Of a stretch of 64,000 nt of DNA, positions 11,801 to 21,972 are shown in pieces. The stretch covers positions 7,392,001 through 7,456,000 of the forward strand of contig OY970194.1 of NCBI GenBank assembly GCA_963708075.1. The letters run 5' to 3'. A program made the position numbers and the translations under genes. Position 1 is the stretch's first letter. Each line of letters begins with the position of its first letter. The DNA comes from Sedimentisphaerales bacterium (GTDB taxonomy: Bacteria; Planctomycetota; Phycisphaerae; Sedimentisphaerales; Anaerobacaceae). The notes under the pieces are model-generated. The model was not told the DNA's origin, made no database searches, and saw nothing but the letters and a program-made list of their open reading frames with translations.

Positions 11801-12058
11801 CATCCGGGCAACGACGTCGATCAGCTCTATGTCGGTGTCGAGGACAGCTCCAAGAAACTGTTTGTCGTGAACCATCCGGATCCGCAAGCCGTGATCAGCA
11901 CTGACTGGACCGCATGGGAGATTCCGCTCAGCCAGTTCACCGGCGTCAACACGGGTGCTGTGAAGAAAATGTACATCGGTGTCGGCAACCGCACCACCCC
12001 CAAACCGGATGGCCACGGCAAGCTGTTCATCGACGACATCCGTGTGATCAAGAAGTGA
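8895..12058 (+). CDS. Secreted modular protein (possibly GATase/ThuA-like N-domain, Fn3/Ig repeats, PA14, conserved C-terminal domain), split by a 1-nt frameshift near 9600
   Basis: ORFs 8895-9605 and 9644-12058 join if CCC at 9600-9602 is CCCC, giving AEYAPLKASNPSPADGAIGVTLPMMTW, which matches the repeat start of the paralogs. Confidence 0.8.
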
Positions 12059-12110
12059 GGATTTGTGATTTACGATTGGCTTAGACAGTAAATCGTAAAC
12101 AGCAGATCTG

Positions 12111-12135
12111 AGGCGGGTTTCAAACCCGCCTGTAC
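12111..12135. repeat. REP-like palindrome with GTAC foot
   Basis: AGGCGGGTTTCAAACCCGCCT-GTAC. Confidence 0.6.
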
Positions 12136-12142
12136 AGGCGTG

Positions 12143-12184
12143 AATCGGGGCCTGTGTCTCAGCGACACGGGCCCCGATTGTTTT
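12143..12184 (+). terminator. Rho-independent terminator
   Basis: AATCGGGGCCTGTGTC-tcagc-GACACGGGCCCCGATT followed by GTTTT. Confidence 0.65.
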
Positions 12185-12455
12185 ATCAGGCGCCCAGACC
12201 TGCACAAGAGGCGTGCAGCGCAATTGCCGGGCATCGCGGGTGAAAGGAGCAATTCGAATGAGCAGATTCCTGAGTTGATGTATCTGCCGCCCGGAAGGAA
12301 CATAAGCCCTCATCGGGAACCAGAGTGATGGCGGGTGGATAACGACGCTGGACGTGGGATGAACACGGGAGGGCCGGCCGAATGAGCGGGCGCGTCAAGG
12401 GAAGGTCCGCCTGAGTCACCCATTGTTGTCGTGCGGCTGCAGCCGTTGAGGCCGT

Positions 12456-12480
12456 GTACGGGCGGGTTTGGACCTGCCCC
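12456..12480. repeat. REP-like palindrome, opposite orientation to the 12111 copy
   Basis: GTAC-GGGCGGGTTTGGACCTGCCC. Confidence 0.5.
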
Positions 12481-12841
12481 CTGGAGGACGGTGTTTCTGG
12501 CAGTCTCAACGATATTGTATCCGGGGCCGTAAGCAGGGAAGCTTACGGCCCTCTTTGTTCTTGGCCTTTGGAGGCGAAGTGCCTAAATCAAAATCGGGGT
12601 TTTCCCGGATTGTCTCACCGGGGCGCCCACTACATCATAGCAGAGATAGTGGTAGTACGACTTTGGGATCAAGCCATGACGCTAAGTCAACAGGGAGCAG
12701 GAGAAAACGGAAGGGAACGCGGCAATACGGCGCAGTGTGCTTCTCGACGCCATTGCACGGCCGTCTCTCTCTCGCGATGTACCATTCTCTCAGATTGTCT
12801 GCTGGTGTAGGCAGGCTTAGTTCATTGAAGGAGCAACGACT

Positions 12842-13963
12842 ATGGAGAAGATGCGAACGACATTACTGCTATTTGCCGTCGGCATTACGGGGACGGTCCT
12901 GATCGGTCCGTGTGGAGCGGCGGACGCGGCGGGGGACCCGCTAGCTGTCGCGGCGGACCCGCTAGCTGTCGCGGCGGACTCGCTGTCCATCGCGGGGTGC
13001 CCCAAGTGCACCTGCGCCTGCTCGCCCTTCCTGGGCGCGTGGGTGGGTTGCTTTTCGGAAGAAGGCAAAGACGATGCGGTGGATGGTAATCAAAAATGTG
13101 ATACCAAGATGATTGAAACCTTCAAGTTCTCGCTGGCGAATCTCACATGTGACCAGTTCACCCTGAATCTGCAAACCGGTTTTTGCGAAGAGAAGGTGCG
13201 CCGAGCTTTCCCGGAAGCGGAGAAAGTGACGGAGTTCGTTGGCGTGGCGTGCAAGAGCGAGAGCAACAAACTCGTGTTCACGGCAGTCGGCTATGGCGTG
13301 AAGAAGAAAGATCTCTGTGAGGAAGTGGTGTTCATCGCCATCAAGTCCGGCACGATCAGCCTGCCATGCTCTTGCGGCGACCCGAACGGGGCGGACGTTG
13401 TCCAGACGATAGAGATCTTCGCGGCCGAGCAGGACACGGATTGCGACGGTCTGCCGGATGAATGCGACTCCGTGATCTGCCTGTCCCGGACCGGCATGAT
13501 CAAGCGTATCGTGAACAAGCCGCAGTGCGAGCAGGCCAGGAGCTTCGTGGCACGCCTGGAGCCGTGCAAGGACATCCAGACCGAAGCGACGGGCAAGGCG
13601 TTCTTCAAGCAAGTGGACCATGAGAACAAGCTGTCCTTCGTCGTGACGGTGAAGGACATCAAGGACGTCACCAAAGTCGTCATCCACGTCTCCGACAGCC
13701 CCAAGACCGCGACGGACGAGCACGAAGACAAGGACGAGTCGTTTGTCCTGTGCCCGATCTCGCCGGACACGGAATGCAAGTCTGGAGAGTTCAGTGGTGT
13801 GCTATGCTGTGGGACGATCATGGAGAAGGATTACATCGGTCCCATGAAGGGCAAGAAGATGGATGACGTGATCAAGGCGATCGTCGAAGGCCGGGCGTCT
13901 GTCATCGTTAAGACGAAGGAGCACCCGAAGGGTGAGCTCTGCGGGCGGATCGAGGATCCCTAG
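12842..13963 (+). CDS. Secreted cysteine-rich protein with a C-terminal degenerate CHRD-like domain
   Basis: Signal peptide; 23 Cys; TEATGKAFF, VVIH and VKTKEHPKGELCGRI resemble the CHRD motifs AHIH and VHTxxHPxGEIRGQ. Confidence 0.7.
   Translation: MEKMRTTLLLFAVGITGTVLIGPCGAADAAGDPLAVAADPLAVAADSLSIAGCPKCTCACSPFLGAWVGCFSEEGKDDAVDGNQKCDTKMIETFKFSLANLTCDQFTLNLQTGFCEEKVRRAFPEAEKVTEFVGVACKSESNKLVFTAVGYGVKKKDLCEEVVFIAIKSGTISLPCSCGDPNGADVVQTIEIFAAEQDTDCDGLPDECDSVICLSRTGMIKRIVNKPQCEQARSFVARLEPCKDIQTEATGKAFFKQVDHENKLSFVVTVKDIKDVTKVVIHVSDSPKTATDEHEDKDESFVLCPISPDTECKSGEFSGVLCCGTIMEKDYIGPMKGKKMDDVIKAIVEGRASVIVKTKEHPKGELCGRIEDP
12934..12983 (+). repeat. In-frame 21-bp tandem repeat (about 2.4 copies)
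   Basis: GGACCCGCTAGCTGTCGCGGC twice plus partial GGACTCGC; encodes DPLAVAA-DPLAVAA-DSL. Confidence 0.9.
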
Positions 13964-14096
13964 TCCGAGACAGATCGCGGATCGCAAGACTTAGCGACCA
14001 CTTGGTTCCCGGGCTGTGAGCAGGGAGGCTTGCAGCCCTTTCTTTTTTGAGGGAATTGCGCAGGAACCGCGACCCGCGTCAATGGGCGGGCGAAGT

Positions 14097-14834
14097 TCAG
14101 CAGGCAATCTCCAGGAGGCAGACGTCCCCCTCGGCCGGGCCCCCGGATTTTCGTTCGAGAATGCTCACCCGATCGTTGTCGCGGGGGCAGACGTGGACCT
14201 CGATCTCGTCGCCTTGAAAGGCTTCCGCCAGATAGGTGACGTGAGCGGCGCGGATCGGGGGCGAATGGCCCAGTTGCAGAGACAGGCCATCGAGGGCCCA
14301 GCGGACGTACTCCGTGTTGTTGACGTGCCCGTTGAAGTCGAGAGCGCTGAACGGGACCTGGAGGGAATAGGCCCGGACGCACCCCTCGGCAGGCTTCAGT
14401 CGATGCAAAGGCGCCGACAATGCCTTGAGCCCTGTCTGTGGCAGATTGAGGCCGAATCGGGTCAGGTTTTGCGGCCGGCTGCTCTGGCGGTCCAGCACCA
14501 TCCATTCGCTGCCGGCACGGAACAGCTCACCTCCATCCCCGGCGGTCCCGACGAACTCTCGTGTGGCCGTAAGACGTGTGTAGCCGCTTGGCCAGGTGCG
14601 GATCGTCAGGCAGTCCTTCCACCTGGGCTCTCGCGAAATCTCAAGCCGGAGATTCGCCAGTACCCAGAAGCAATTCCGCCGGCTCATATCGGCGAAGCCG
14701 AAGCCGAGCTGTTCCGCGTTACAGGCGGCGGCCTCCTGCAGGTACTGCATCAGCGCATTGGTCTTCATACCGCCGTCCGGCCGGCAGTCAAATGCCTTCA
14801 CAGTGAACCCGTCTTCTCTCTGCAGCATGGCCAT
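14097..14834 (-). CDS. Acyl-ACP thioesterase (FatA/FatB-like double hotdog)
   Basis: YLQEAA, WVLANLRLEI, catalytic DFNGHVNNTEY. Confidence 0.9.
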   Translation of the reverse strand: MAMLQREDGFTVKAFDCRPDGGMKTNALMQYLQEAAACNAEQLGFGFADMSRRNCFWVLANLRLEISREPRWKDCLTIRTWPSGYTRLTATREFVGTAGDGGELFRAGSEWMVLDRQSSRPQNLTRFGLNLPQTGLKALSAPLHRLKPAEGCVRAYSLQVPFSALDFNGHVNNTEYVRWALDGLSLQLGHSPPIRAAHVTYLAEAFQGDEIEVHVCPRDNDRVSILERKSGGPAEGDVCLLEIAC

Positions 14835-14976
14835 CCGTCCTTCGGTTGTCCCACGGGTCCATCCGACCCGTATGTGGCATTATGACCGGCACCTCGCAGC
14901 GGGGCAAGAGGCTGATTCCACCATAGAATGCCAATCCGGCTCGCGCAGATATTTTGCCTGCTTGGGCTAATTGCCC

Positions 14977-15005
14977 TTGACAAAGTGACAGATCAATATT
15001 AGTCT
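14977..15005 (+). promoter_or_regulatory. Putative sigma70 promoter upstream of the PEP-CTERM-like gene
   Basis: TTGACA-N17-TAGTCT in an AT-rich patch. Confidence 0.5.
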
Positions 15006-15297
15006 GCTAATTATTATTGAACCCGGTGCGCAGGAGGGCGTACGTTCATATGTTGGCCGGGTGGCCGGGTAGTCAGTAATGCATTAAGACCCTGAGGATT
15101 GCGTTGGAGAAAGGATGTACGGGGGAATCTAAGGAGAGAAAATAGTCAGGGACGATGGACTGGGAGAAGACCCGAGGGAATAGGGTTTTTCACTTCGAAC
15201 TGCCTGTATTACACCACGTCCTGTTCAAATATGTTTCTGTTGCGCCACGGTTGGCGCGGAACCAAGGATGGCAGGGGGGAAACAAGGAGGTACAGTA

Positions 15298-15933
15298 ATG
15301 AGAAGCACAATCGTTGTATCATGGGTACTCTTAGCGTTTCTGGCCGGTTCTGTTCAAGCAGGGCCGACGTACAGTTTCGTGCAAATCACCAATAACAACC
15401 CTGCGGACGCAGGCATTGGTGAGGCCCAACTCTTCGTGGAGGTCATAGACTCCAGCGGGCAGGTCACGTTCAAATTCATGAACACCGGCCCGGAAGCGTG
15501 CTCGATAGCAGATGTCTACTTTGACGATGGATCGCTCCTGGGAATCGCTGACATCATCAATTCGAGCGGCGTTTCGTTCTCCCAGAATGCCACTCCGCAC
15601 AACCTGCCGGCCGGAAACAGTATATTGCCCCCGTTTGTGACAACGGAAGATTTCTCCGCGGACTCGGATCCGCCTGTTATGCCCAATGGCGTGAATCCAG
15701 GTGAGGAGTTGTCCATCATATTCGACCTCAAGGATGGCAAGACCTATGCGGACGTCCTGGACGATCTCGGCTCGGGGGATCTTCGGATTGGGATCCACGT
15801 CCAAGCCTTTGCCAGTGGCGCCAGTGAATCGTTCGTAAACAATGGTCCCACGGCCCCGGCTCCAGGGGCGGTGCTGCTGAGTAGCCTTGGAGTTGGTCTG
15901 GTCGGATGGCTCCGGCGGAGAAAGTCGCTGTAG
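15298..15933 (+). CDS. PEP-CTERM-like (PAPGA variant) surface protein
   Basis: AGGAGG RBS; signal peptide; C-terminal PAPGA, hydrophobic helix, then WLRRRK. Confidence 0.85.
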   Translation: MRSTIVVSWVLLAFLAGSVQAGPTYSFVQITNNNPADAGIGEAQLFVEVIDSSGQVTFKFMNTGPEACSIADVYFDDGSLLGIADIINSSGVSFSQNATPHNLPAGNSILPPFVTTEDFSADSDPPVMPNGVNPGEELSIIFDLKDGKTYADVLDDLGSGDLRIGIHVQAFASGASESFVNNGPTAPAPGAVLLSSLGVGLVGWLRRRKSL

Positions 15934-15959
15934 GACGTTAGTTAGAACACGGATGTGAC

Positions 15960-15999
15960 GAGGGGCTGCCGGGTTTCACCGGTGGCCCCTCCTTTCTTT
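15960..15999 (+). terminator. Rho-independent terminator
   Basis: GAGGGGCTGCCGG..CCGGTGGCCCCTC then CTTTCTTT. Confidence 0.65.
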
Positions 16000-16245
16000 G
16001 GCTTGAGTAGCTCCCTGAGAGAGCCGGACGTCGCGGCACGAGAGGTCCGGTCCCCATTTCTTTTAACAGCCTGCCTGTGAAATGCGCGAGGGCTCTGCGC
16101 CTGCGGAGCGTCCTCTTTTTGGAAAGTTCCGTACGTTCGAGGATTGACTTGGCAGGCGTCCCACGCGTATACTCATAACAGGCTCGAAGCGGGAGCTCGT
16201 TATGTGTACGCGATGAGTATGTCGCTTGATCGAGGAGGACATGCC

Positions 16246-18288
16246 ATGAGAAGTGGGACACATTTTCTGTCGATTGCGTTGAGTGTCTTGCTCTTTTGCG
16301 CCACAGGGTACTGTGCGGGGTCCCCAGGCGAGGGGCAGGGAACGGCTTCAAGTCAGGTTACACAGGCTCCGGCTGGGGGGACTGGGCGCGTGGCGGTGCT
16401 GATCGGGTTCAGGAACGTTCCCGGTCCGAGCGAGCAAGCCCTCGTTCATAGCCAGGCCGGCGTGATCAAATACAGCTACCACCTTGTCCCGGCTATTGCC
16501 GCCTCGATTCCGGAGCAGGCGAGGGCTGCGCTGCTGGCCAATCCAGTCGTCACACGCATAGAGGTGGACGGCACGGTCCGAGCCCTCGACGCCGAACTGG
16601 ACAACGCCTGGGGTGTCAAACGCATAGGGGCCGGGTCGGTTCATGATGTCCACAATAAGGGTACAGGCATCAAGGTCGCCGTCATCGACACGGGCATCGA
16701 TCGCGCCCACCCGGATCTGGACGCCAACTACAAGGGGGGCAGGGATTTCGTCAACGCTGACGACGACCCTATGGACGACCACGGGCACGGCACCCACGTC
16801 GCCGGCACTATAGCCGCCGAGGACGATGGCACCGGGGTTGTGGGCGTCGCCCCGGAGGCGCATCTCTATGCCCTGAAGATTCTGGACAGCTCCGGCTCCG
16901 GCAGCGACAGTGATATGATCGCCGCGATGGAGTGGGCCGTGGAAAACGACATGGATGTGGTGAACCTGAGCCTCGGGACTCCCACGGACCCCGGCACGAT
17001 CGTTCAGCAGGCATTCGACAACGCGGCGGCGGCTGGGATCGTGACGGTCGCGGCGGCGGGAAATCGCGACTGGATCTACATTCTCTTGGGCATCGAGATG
17101 CCGGTTATGTGGCCCGCCGCGTATGATTCCGTGATCGCCGTATCCGCCACAACGAGCACCGATCTGTGGGCGGATTTCTCCTGCAGCGGTTCTCAAGTGG
17201 AGTTGGCGGCGCCCGGCAACAGCATCTACTCAACCATCCCGGGCGGATACGGTACTATGAGCGGAACGTCGATGGCGTCGCCGCACGTGGCTGGGACAGC
17301 GGCGTTGGTGATCGCCGCCGGGTACTCCGACGTCCGAGCGCGCCTCGGCGGCACCGCAGACGACCTGGGTACACTGGGCCGAGATAATTATTACGGCTAT
17401 GGTCTCGTCGATGCCGACGAAGCAGCCGGCGGCGGCACACCACCGGCAAACCAGGAACCGACAGCCTCCTTCACATTTGAGGCCGCCAACTTGTCCTGCA
17501 GCTTCGATGCGTCCGGGTCAACCGACTCTGACGGAAGCATAGTCACTTATGCCTGGAGCTTTGGGGATGAAAGCTCAGGCAGCGGCGTGACCGTGAGCCA
17601 CACGTACGGCACCGCCGGCGCATACACCGTGACACTGACCGTGACGGACAATGACGGTGCCACGGACACAACATCGCAAAACGTCACAGTCACTGCACCG
17701 TCGAATCAGCCGCCGACGGCCTCGTTCACGTATACCGCTGACAACCTGTCCTGCAATTTCAATGGGTCCGCGTCCACCGACGCTGACGGAAGCATAATCT
17801 CCTATGTCTGGAGCTTCGGCGATGGCAGCACAGGCAGCGGCGCGACCGCAAGCCACGCCTATGCCGGGGCCGGCACATACCTGGTGACCCTGACTGTGAC
17901 GGATGACGACGGCGCCACGGGCTTCCAGTCCAAGAATGTGACCGCGAGTCAGGCAACCATGCACGTCGGAAACATCAGTCTCACACGCCAGAAGCTGCCG
18001 GTGAAGAAAGGGACCGCGTCGTATAGAGTGACAGCGAGCGTCCTCATCGTGGATGCATCAGGTGCGCCGGTGTCGGGAGCCACGGTCATTGGTCATTGGG
18101 ACGGGCTGTATCCGACCGGCGACGTGTCGGCTGTGACGAGCGGTGGTACGGCAAGCTTCACAATCGGACCGGTCCAGGCTGCGAGAGGCGCGATGTTCAT
18201 TTTCAATGTCACTGACGCAGGAAAGGGCGACTGGATGTACGATCCGGCAGCCAACACGGAGACAAGCGACAGCATCACCGTGAAGTAG
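16246..18288 (+). CDS. Secreted subtilisin (S8) protease with propeptide and two PKD domains
   Basis: Catalytic VAVIDTG, HGTHVAG and GTSMASPHVAG; two WSFGD/YTVTLTVTD PKD repeats; GAGGAGG RBS. Confidence 0.95.
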   Translation: MRSGTHFLSIALSVLLFCATGYCAGSPGEGQGTASSQVTQAPAGGTGRVAVLIGFRNVPGPSEQALVHSQAGVIKYSYHLVPAIAASIPEQARAALLANPVVTRIEVDGTVRALDAELDNAWGVKRIGAGSVHDVHNKGTGIKVAVIDTGIDRAHPDLDANYKGGRDFVNADDDPMDDHGHGTHVAGTIAAEDDGTGVVGVAPEAHLYALKILDSSGSGSDSDMIAAMEWAVENDMDVVNLSLGTPTDPGTIVQQAFDNAAAAGIVTVAAAGNRDWIYILLGIEMPVMWPAAYDSVIAVSATTSTDLWADFSCSGSQVELAAPGNSIYSTIPGGYGTMSGTSMASPHVAGTAALVIAAGYSDVRARLGGTADDLGTLGRDNYYGYGLVDADEAAGGGTPPANQEPTASFTFEAANLSCSFDASGSTDSDGSIVTYAWSFGDESSGSGVTVSHTYGTAGAYTVTLTVTDNDGATDTTSQNVTVTAPSNQPPTASFTYTADNLSCNFNGSASTDADGSIISYVWSFGDGSTGSGATASHAYAGAGTYLVTLTVTDDDGATGFQSKNVTASQATMHVGNISLTRQKLPVKKGTASYRVTASVLIVDASGAPVSGATVIGHWDGLYPTGDVSAVTSGGTASFTIGPVQAARGAMFIFNVTDAGKGDWMYDPAANTETSDSITVK

Positions 18289-18324
18289 AGCCCGGGCGAT
18301 GATAAAATCGGCCCCGTGTCTGCA

Positions 18325-18825
18325 TCAGGGGGCGACCCGTGGAGCTGCCTGTGTCTCTTGGAGTCTGCGAATAATGTGGGTGACATCATTGCTCGTGGCC
18401 TGCAGCCGGCGGACCATGGCTGTGAGCTTCTTTTCGTTGAACGTGGTTTCCGTGAACTGTTGCCACTGCCCGTCCTCGTATTTCATTTTGAAGTCTTGGA
18501 CTCGCACGGGGCAGGCGCCGCAGTCTTCCTCGATCTGCCAGCGGCCGTGAACGAGCAGGTTCCGGATGTCCCGCGTGGTCTCGATCTGTTTCAACGCTCG
18601 TTCAAGCTCGTCCAGCAGGGCGGCATCGCTGTGAATCTTGAAACGGGCCAAATGCTTGATCTTCCTCAACAGCACGGACAGGTTGAGCTCGTGGATGAAG
18701 AAGGGCGCGACCAGCCGGCTGCCGTCGCCGAGCAGGATCTCCAGGAGAGTCTGAAGTTGGTGCTCCAGCGAGGCGAACTGGATCGTCATCTCGCCGATCT
18801 TCTCAAAGAGTGTATTTTTTCGCAT
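18325..18825 (-). CDS. Hypothetical helical protein with HEPN-type Rx4H motif
   Basis: Helical 166 aa ORF with N-terminal IGEMTIQFASLE and RNLLVH. Confidence 0.65.
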   Translation of the reverse strand: MRKNTLFEKIGEMTIQFASLEHQLQTLLEILLGDGSRLVAPFFIHELNLSVLLRKIKHLARFKIHSDAALLDELERALKQIETTRDIRNLLVHGRWQIEEDCGACPVRVQDFKMKYEDGQWQQFTETTFNEKKLTAMVRRLQATSNDVTHIIRRLQETQAAPRVAP

Positions 18826-18995
18826 AGGGCATTCCCGGTACGTTTGCGATGCTGTTCACGGCAAGTGTATGTATCGGCAAACGCAGGGGGCGGCTAAAAC
18901 GTTCTTTACTTTTCCCGTGACACCCTGCTTAATATGGGACGGCACAGGGAACCCTGTGGCATAAGCCGCGTTGTGGATGGATCGAAAGGCTGACT

Positions 18996-20180
18996 ATGAA
19001 GCAAAGGATGTTGCTTGGCCTGGCGCTTCTCATGATCGTGATTTCGGCGTCGTGCCGGACCCGGCGCGTGGAGCCGAAGATCGAGTACGACCGGCCGCTG
19101 CCCCCCGGACAACTGGCCCTCAGGAAGATCACCGACCCCAACCGCTTTCCGGACTTTACACAGGGTTGGCGCGATCTGGATAGTCTCCAGGCGGCGATCC
19201 GCAAGAGCCAGAGCTACCTGGCCAAGCCGTCCAGCAAGCAGTACTTCCCCTATGGCGATGTCAATCACGACCGGGCCGTCAAGACCCTCGACACGTTCTT
19301 GACGTTGCTGGATTCCGGCGCCAGAAGCGACGAGATCAACGGCCTTGTCCGCGCGCACTTCGATGTCTACGAATCCGTCGGCTGCGACGACCGGGGGACG
19401 GTTTTGTTCACAGGGTACTACACGCCGATCTTCGATGGTTCCCTCACGCGGACCCTGCAATTCCGATATCCACTGTACAAAGCACCGGTGGATCTGGTCA
19501 AAGGGCCGGACGGCCAGACGCTGGGCCGGCGCGAGGCCGACGGCCGGATCGTCAGCTACCCGTCGCGAACCACCATCGAGGATTCCGGCATGCTCAGAGG
19601 CCAGGAACTGGTATGGCTGAGCGATCCGTTTGAGGCCTACATCGCCCACGTGCAAGGCTCCGCCAAGATCAGGCTGCCCGATGGCCAACTCGTCACCGCG
19701 GGCTATGCGGGCAACAACGGGCAGGAGTATCAAAGTGTCGCCAAGATGCTGATCGCGGACGGGAAGATTCCGAGTGACCGGATGAGCCTGGCCGCCATGA
19801 TCGACTACTTCAAGGGCCATCCCGAGGAAGTGGATAGATACGTCCGGCGAAACCCGCGCTACGTGTTCTTTCAGATCGGCGAAGGGCCGCCACGGGGCTG
19901 CCTGAACGAGCCCGTGACAGCCTGGCGCACGATCGCGACCGACAAGTCCATCTTCCCTCGCGCGTGTCTGGCGTTCATCGCGACGAACCTGCCCCAGATG
20001 GAGCGGGGCGTAGTGGTCGCGAGGCCCTGGAACGGCTTCATGCTCGACCAGGATGCCGGCGGGGCGATCCGCGCGGCAGGGCGGTGCGATGTCTACATGG
20101 GTGTCGGCGACGAAGCCGGCCAACTAGCCGGCCAAACCTACCAGGAAGGCCGCCTCTACTATTTGTTCCTCAAGCCGTGA
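18996..20180 (+). CDS. mltA: Membrane-bound lytic murein transglycosylase A (lipoprotein)
   Basis: Lipobox ISASC; FTGYYTP, HVQGS, NPRYVFF and DAGGAI...CDVYMGVG (3D domain). Confidence 0.92.
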   Translation: MKQRMLLGLALLMIVISASCRTRRVEPKIEYDRPLPPGQLALRKITDPNRFPDFTQGWRDLDSLQAAIRKSQSYLAKPSSKQYFPYGDVNHDRAVKTLDTFLTLLDSGARSDEINGLVRAHFDVYESVGCDDRGTVLFTGYYTPIFDGSLTRTLQFRYPLYKAPVDLVKGPDGQTLGRREADGRIVSYPSRTTIEDSGMLRGQELVWLSDPFEAYIAHVQGSAKIRLPDGQLVTAGYAGNNGQEYQSVAKMLIADGKIPSDRMSLAAMIDYFKGHPEEVDRYVRRNPRYVFFQIGEGPPRGCLNEPVTAWRTIATDKSIFPRACLAFIATNLPQMERGVVVARPWNGFMLDQDAGGAIRAAGRCDVYMGVGDEAGQLAGQTYQEGRLYYLFLKP

Positions 20181-20299
20181 CGATCTCCGGCGTGGAACTC
20201 GCACCGGTCCTGTGTCACGTTATGTCAGTCCCGCGGAGAGTCTGCTGGCCATATGGCCCGGGCCGGAATCCCGACGAAAGGACTTTGACACATGAGGAC

Positions 20300-21449
20300 T
20301 AAGTAGGTAGCCAAAAGTCTTCACACAAAAGCCTTGAGCCAGAAATCCGCCGACAAGACACCGGCTTTGCGGAGGCCCTGGGTCGCAGTTAGTCCCAAGA
20401 GCCACTGTTCCGCGTAGGCCGCCTCATCATCAATCGTTTGGAACTGGCGATTGGCCGCAATCAACCGTTTCAACTCCTTCCAGAGATGATCCTGAGAGTT
20501 CAGTTCCGGGCACTGCTTCGGCAACCACAAGAGGGTCACCTCCAAGTGGGTGGCCAGTCGTTGGCTTTTGATCGCCTGATGAAAAGAGGCCTTGTCCAGC
20601 AACAGCCAAATCGGGCGTCCGGGATACCGTCGCCGCAACTCCCGCAGGAAGGCTTGAAAGTCCTCTTGCCGCTGGCGGGGCCGACGCAGGACCACCCGGT
20701 GTCCGGTTCGTGGATTGATCGTGCCGAACAGAACCCGTTTGTCGTTTTGGCCCGTGATCTTGACCTGCGCCTGTTCGCCGCGAAACGCCCACACATAGCG
20801 CAAGGGCGGAAACCAGCGGAGGATGGTCGCATCCGAAAACAACAGCACCGCCAGCGCCGGCATCCGTTTCAGGCGGCGAACCAGGCCCCCTTTTTCTGGG
20901 CTCGGTTCGGGTCCTTGGTCGCATAGACATACCGGGGACGTTTCCACCGCAGATCCAAGTCCCGCATCCGCCGCCGCAGGGTACGAGGCGAGATTGCACA
21001 CCCGTACCTTTGCTGGAGGTGATCTGCCAGCAAGGACACCGTCCAACCCGTGGCGCGATAGCCCAAACGCATCGGGTCCCGGCGGAACTCGCGTACCAGA
21101 CGGGCGTCCGTGATCGGCGTGGCGACCGGAGGCCGTCCGGAACGCGGTGCGTCCTGCAGGCGGTCTGGACAATGGGTGTGCAGATAGGCCCGCACCCAGC
21201 GATAGACGCTCCACGGCCGGGTCCCGGTGATCTGCGCTGCTTCCGGAACCGTCCGACCCTGGGCCACCAACAGGATCGCTTCGATACGCCGGTAGGTGCG
21301 AATGTCAGCGACCCCCTGTAAGGCCCGCGTAAGACGATGTTTATCATATCGATCGAAACCACGTTCTGAGGCGCTCTTCGTTCTTCGCATGTACCCCATC
21401 ATACACGCGAAGAGAATCGTTCCTGTGAAAACTTTTGGCTACCTACTTA
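20300..21449 (-). mobile_element. IS630-family insertion sequence, family A copy 1
   Basis: 26-bp terminal IR TAAGTAGGTAGCCAAAAGT(C/T)TTCACA including duplicated TA; empty site GGAC-TA-GCAC (CTAG); second copy at 58156. Confidence 0.95.
20321..21402 (-). CDS. IS630 transposase in two frames (HTH ORF 20869-21402, catalytic part ending at 20321), joined by a -1 shift at AAAAAGGGGG
   Basis: HTH and DAPRSGRP; catalytic LFSDAT, LLLDKASFH, PELNSQDHLW. Confidence 0.9.
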
Positions 21450-21972
21450 GCACAGCAGGGAGTGGAGAGTATGTGCGCATAATCGGCCCAGGCGAGGTGG
21501 TCTTCGATAGCCCGTGGTCGGTGGCCAGCCCCGACCAATCCACAACCGAAGGCCGTCCCGCCGCCCTGAAAACTCCAGCGTCTTCCTTACTTCTTTCTTG
21601 CCCTACTACCCAATGTCTGTCATAATGCCTGCGCATTCCTTGACGAGCATCTGCGACGAAATGGTGGCATGTTGGCTTGAGACCTGAGGCGACCGTGGGA
21701 AGTGCGCGGGCGTTTCTTTTCAGAAGATTGGTATCAGTGGGTCCTGAATGGACTTCCATGCTCCGCACGAGAAGAATGTGGTCTTGGCGCAAGTCGAACC
21801 CGGTCAAGGAAGACGAGGAACGCGTACTCGAACCAGCAGAAGAATTGCACAGCTTTGAAGCAAGCATAAGGTTGGGGCAAACTGCCGTGTATGTTGTGGC
21901 TTCGGGCACGCTGTGGAATGCCATTCGTGACTGTCCTTGTTTTCACATTTTCGCGATAGGAGGAATAGCATC

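Noticed and set aside
9503..12313. 936-aa minus-strand ORF, and similar long antisense ORFs at 24931-25986, 41634-43124 and 61028-62623
   Set aside because: They mirror well-supported genes on the other strand, as expected in GC-rich DNA, and show no recognisable motifs
15207..15214. TATTACAC as another copy of the ECF promoter
   Set aside because: The CAAC element at the 14-nt spacing is missing
20220..20405. Short ORFs crossing the IS ends (also 58040-58261)
   Set aside because: They are chance read-outs from the IS terminus into flanking DNA
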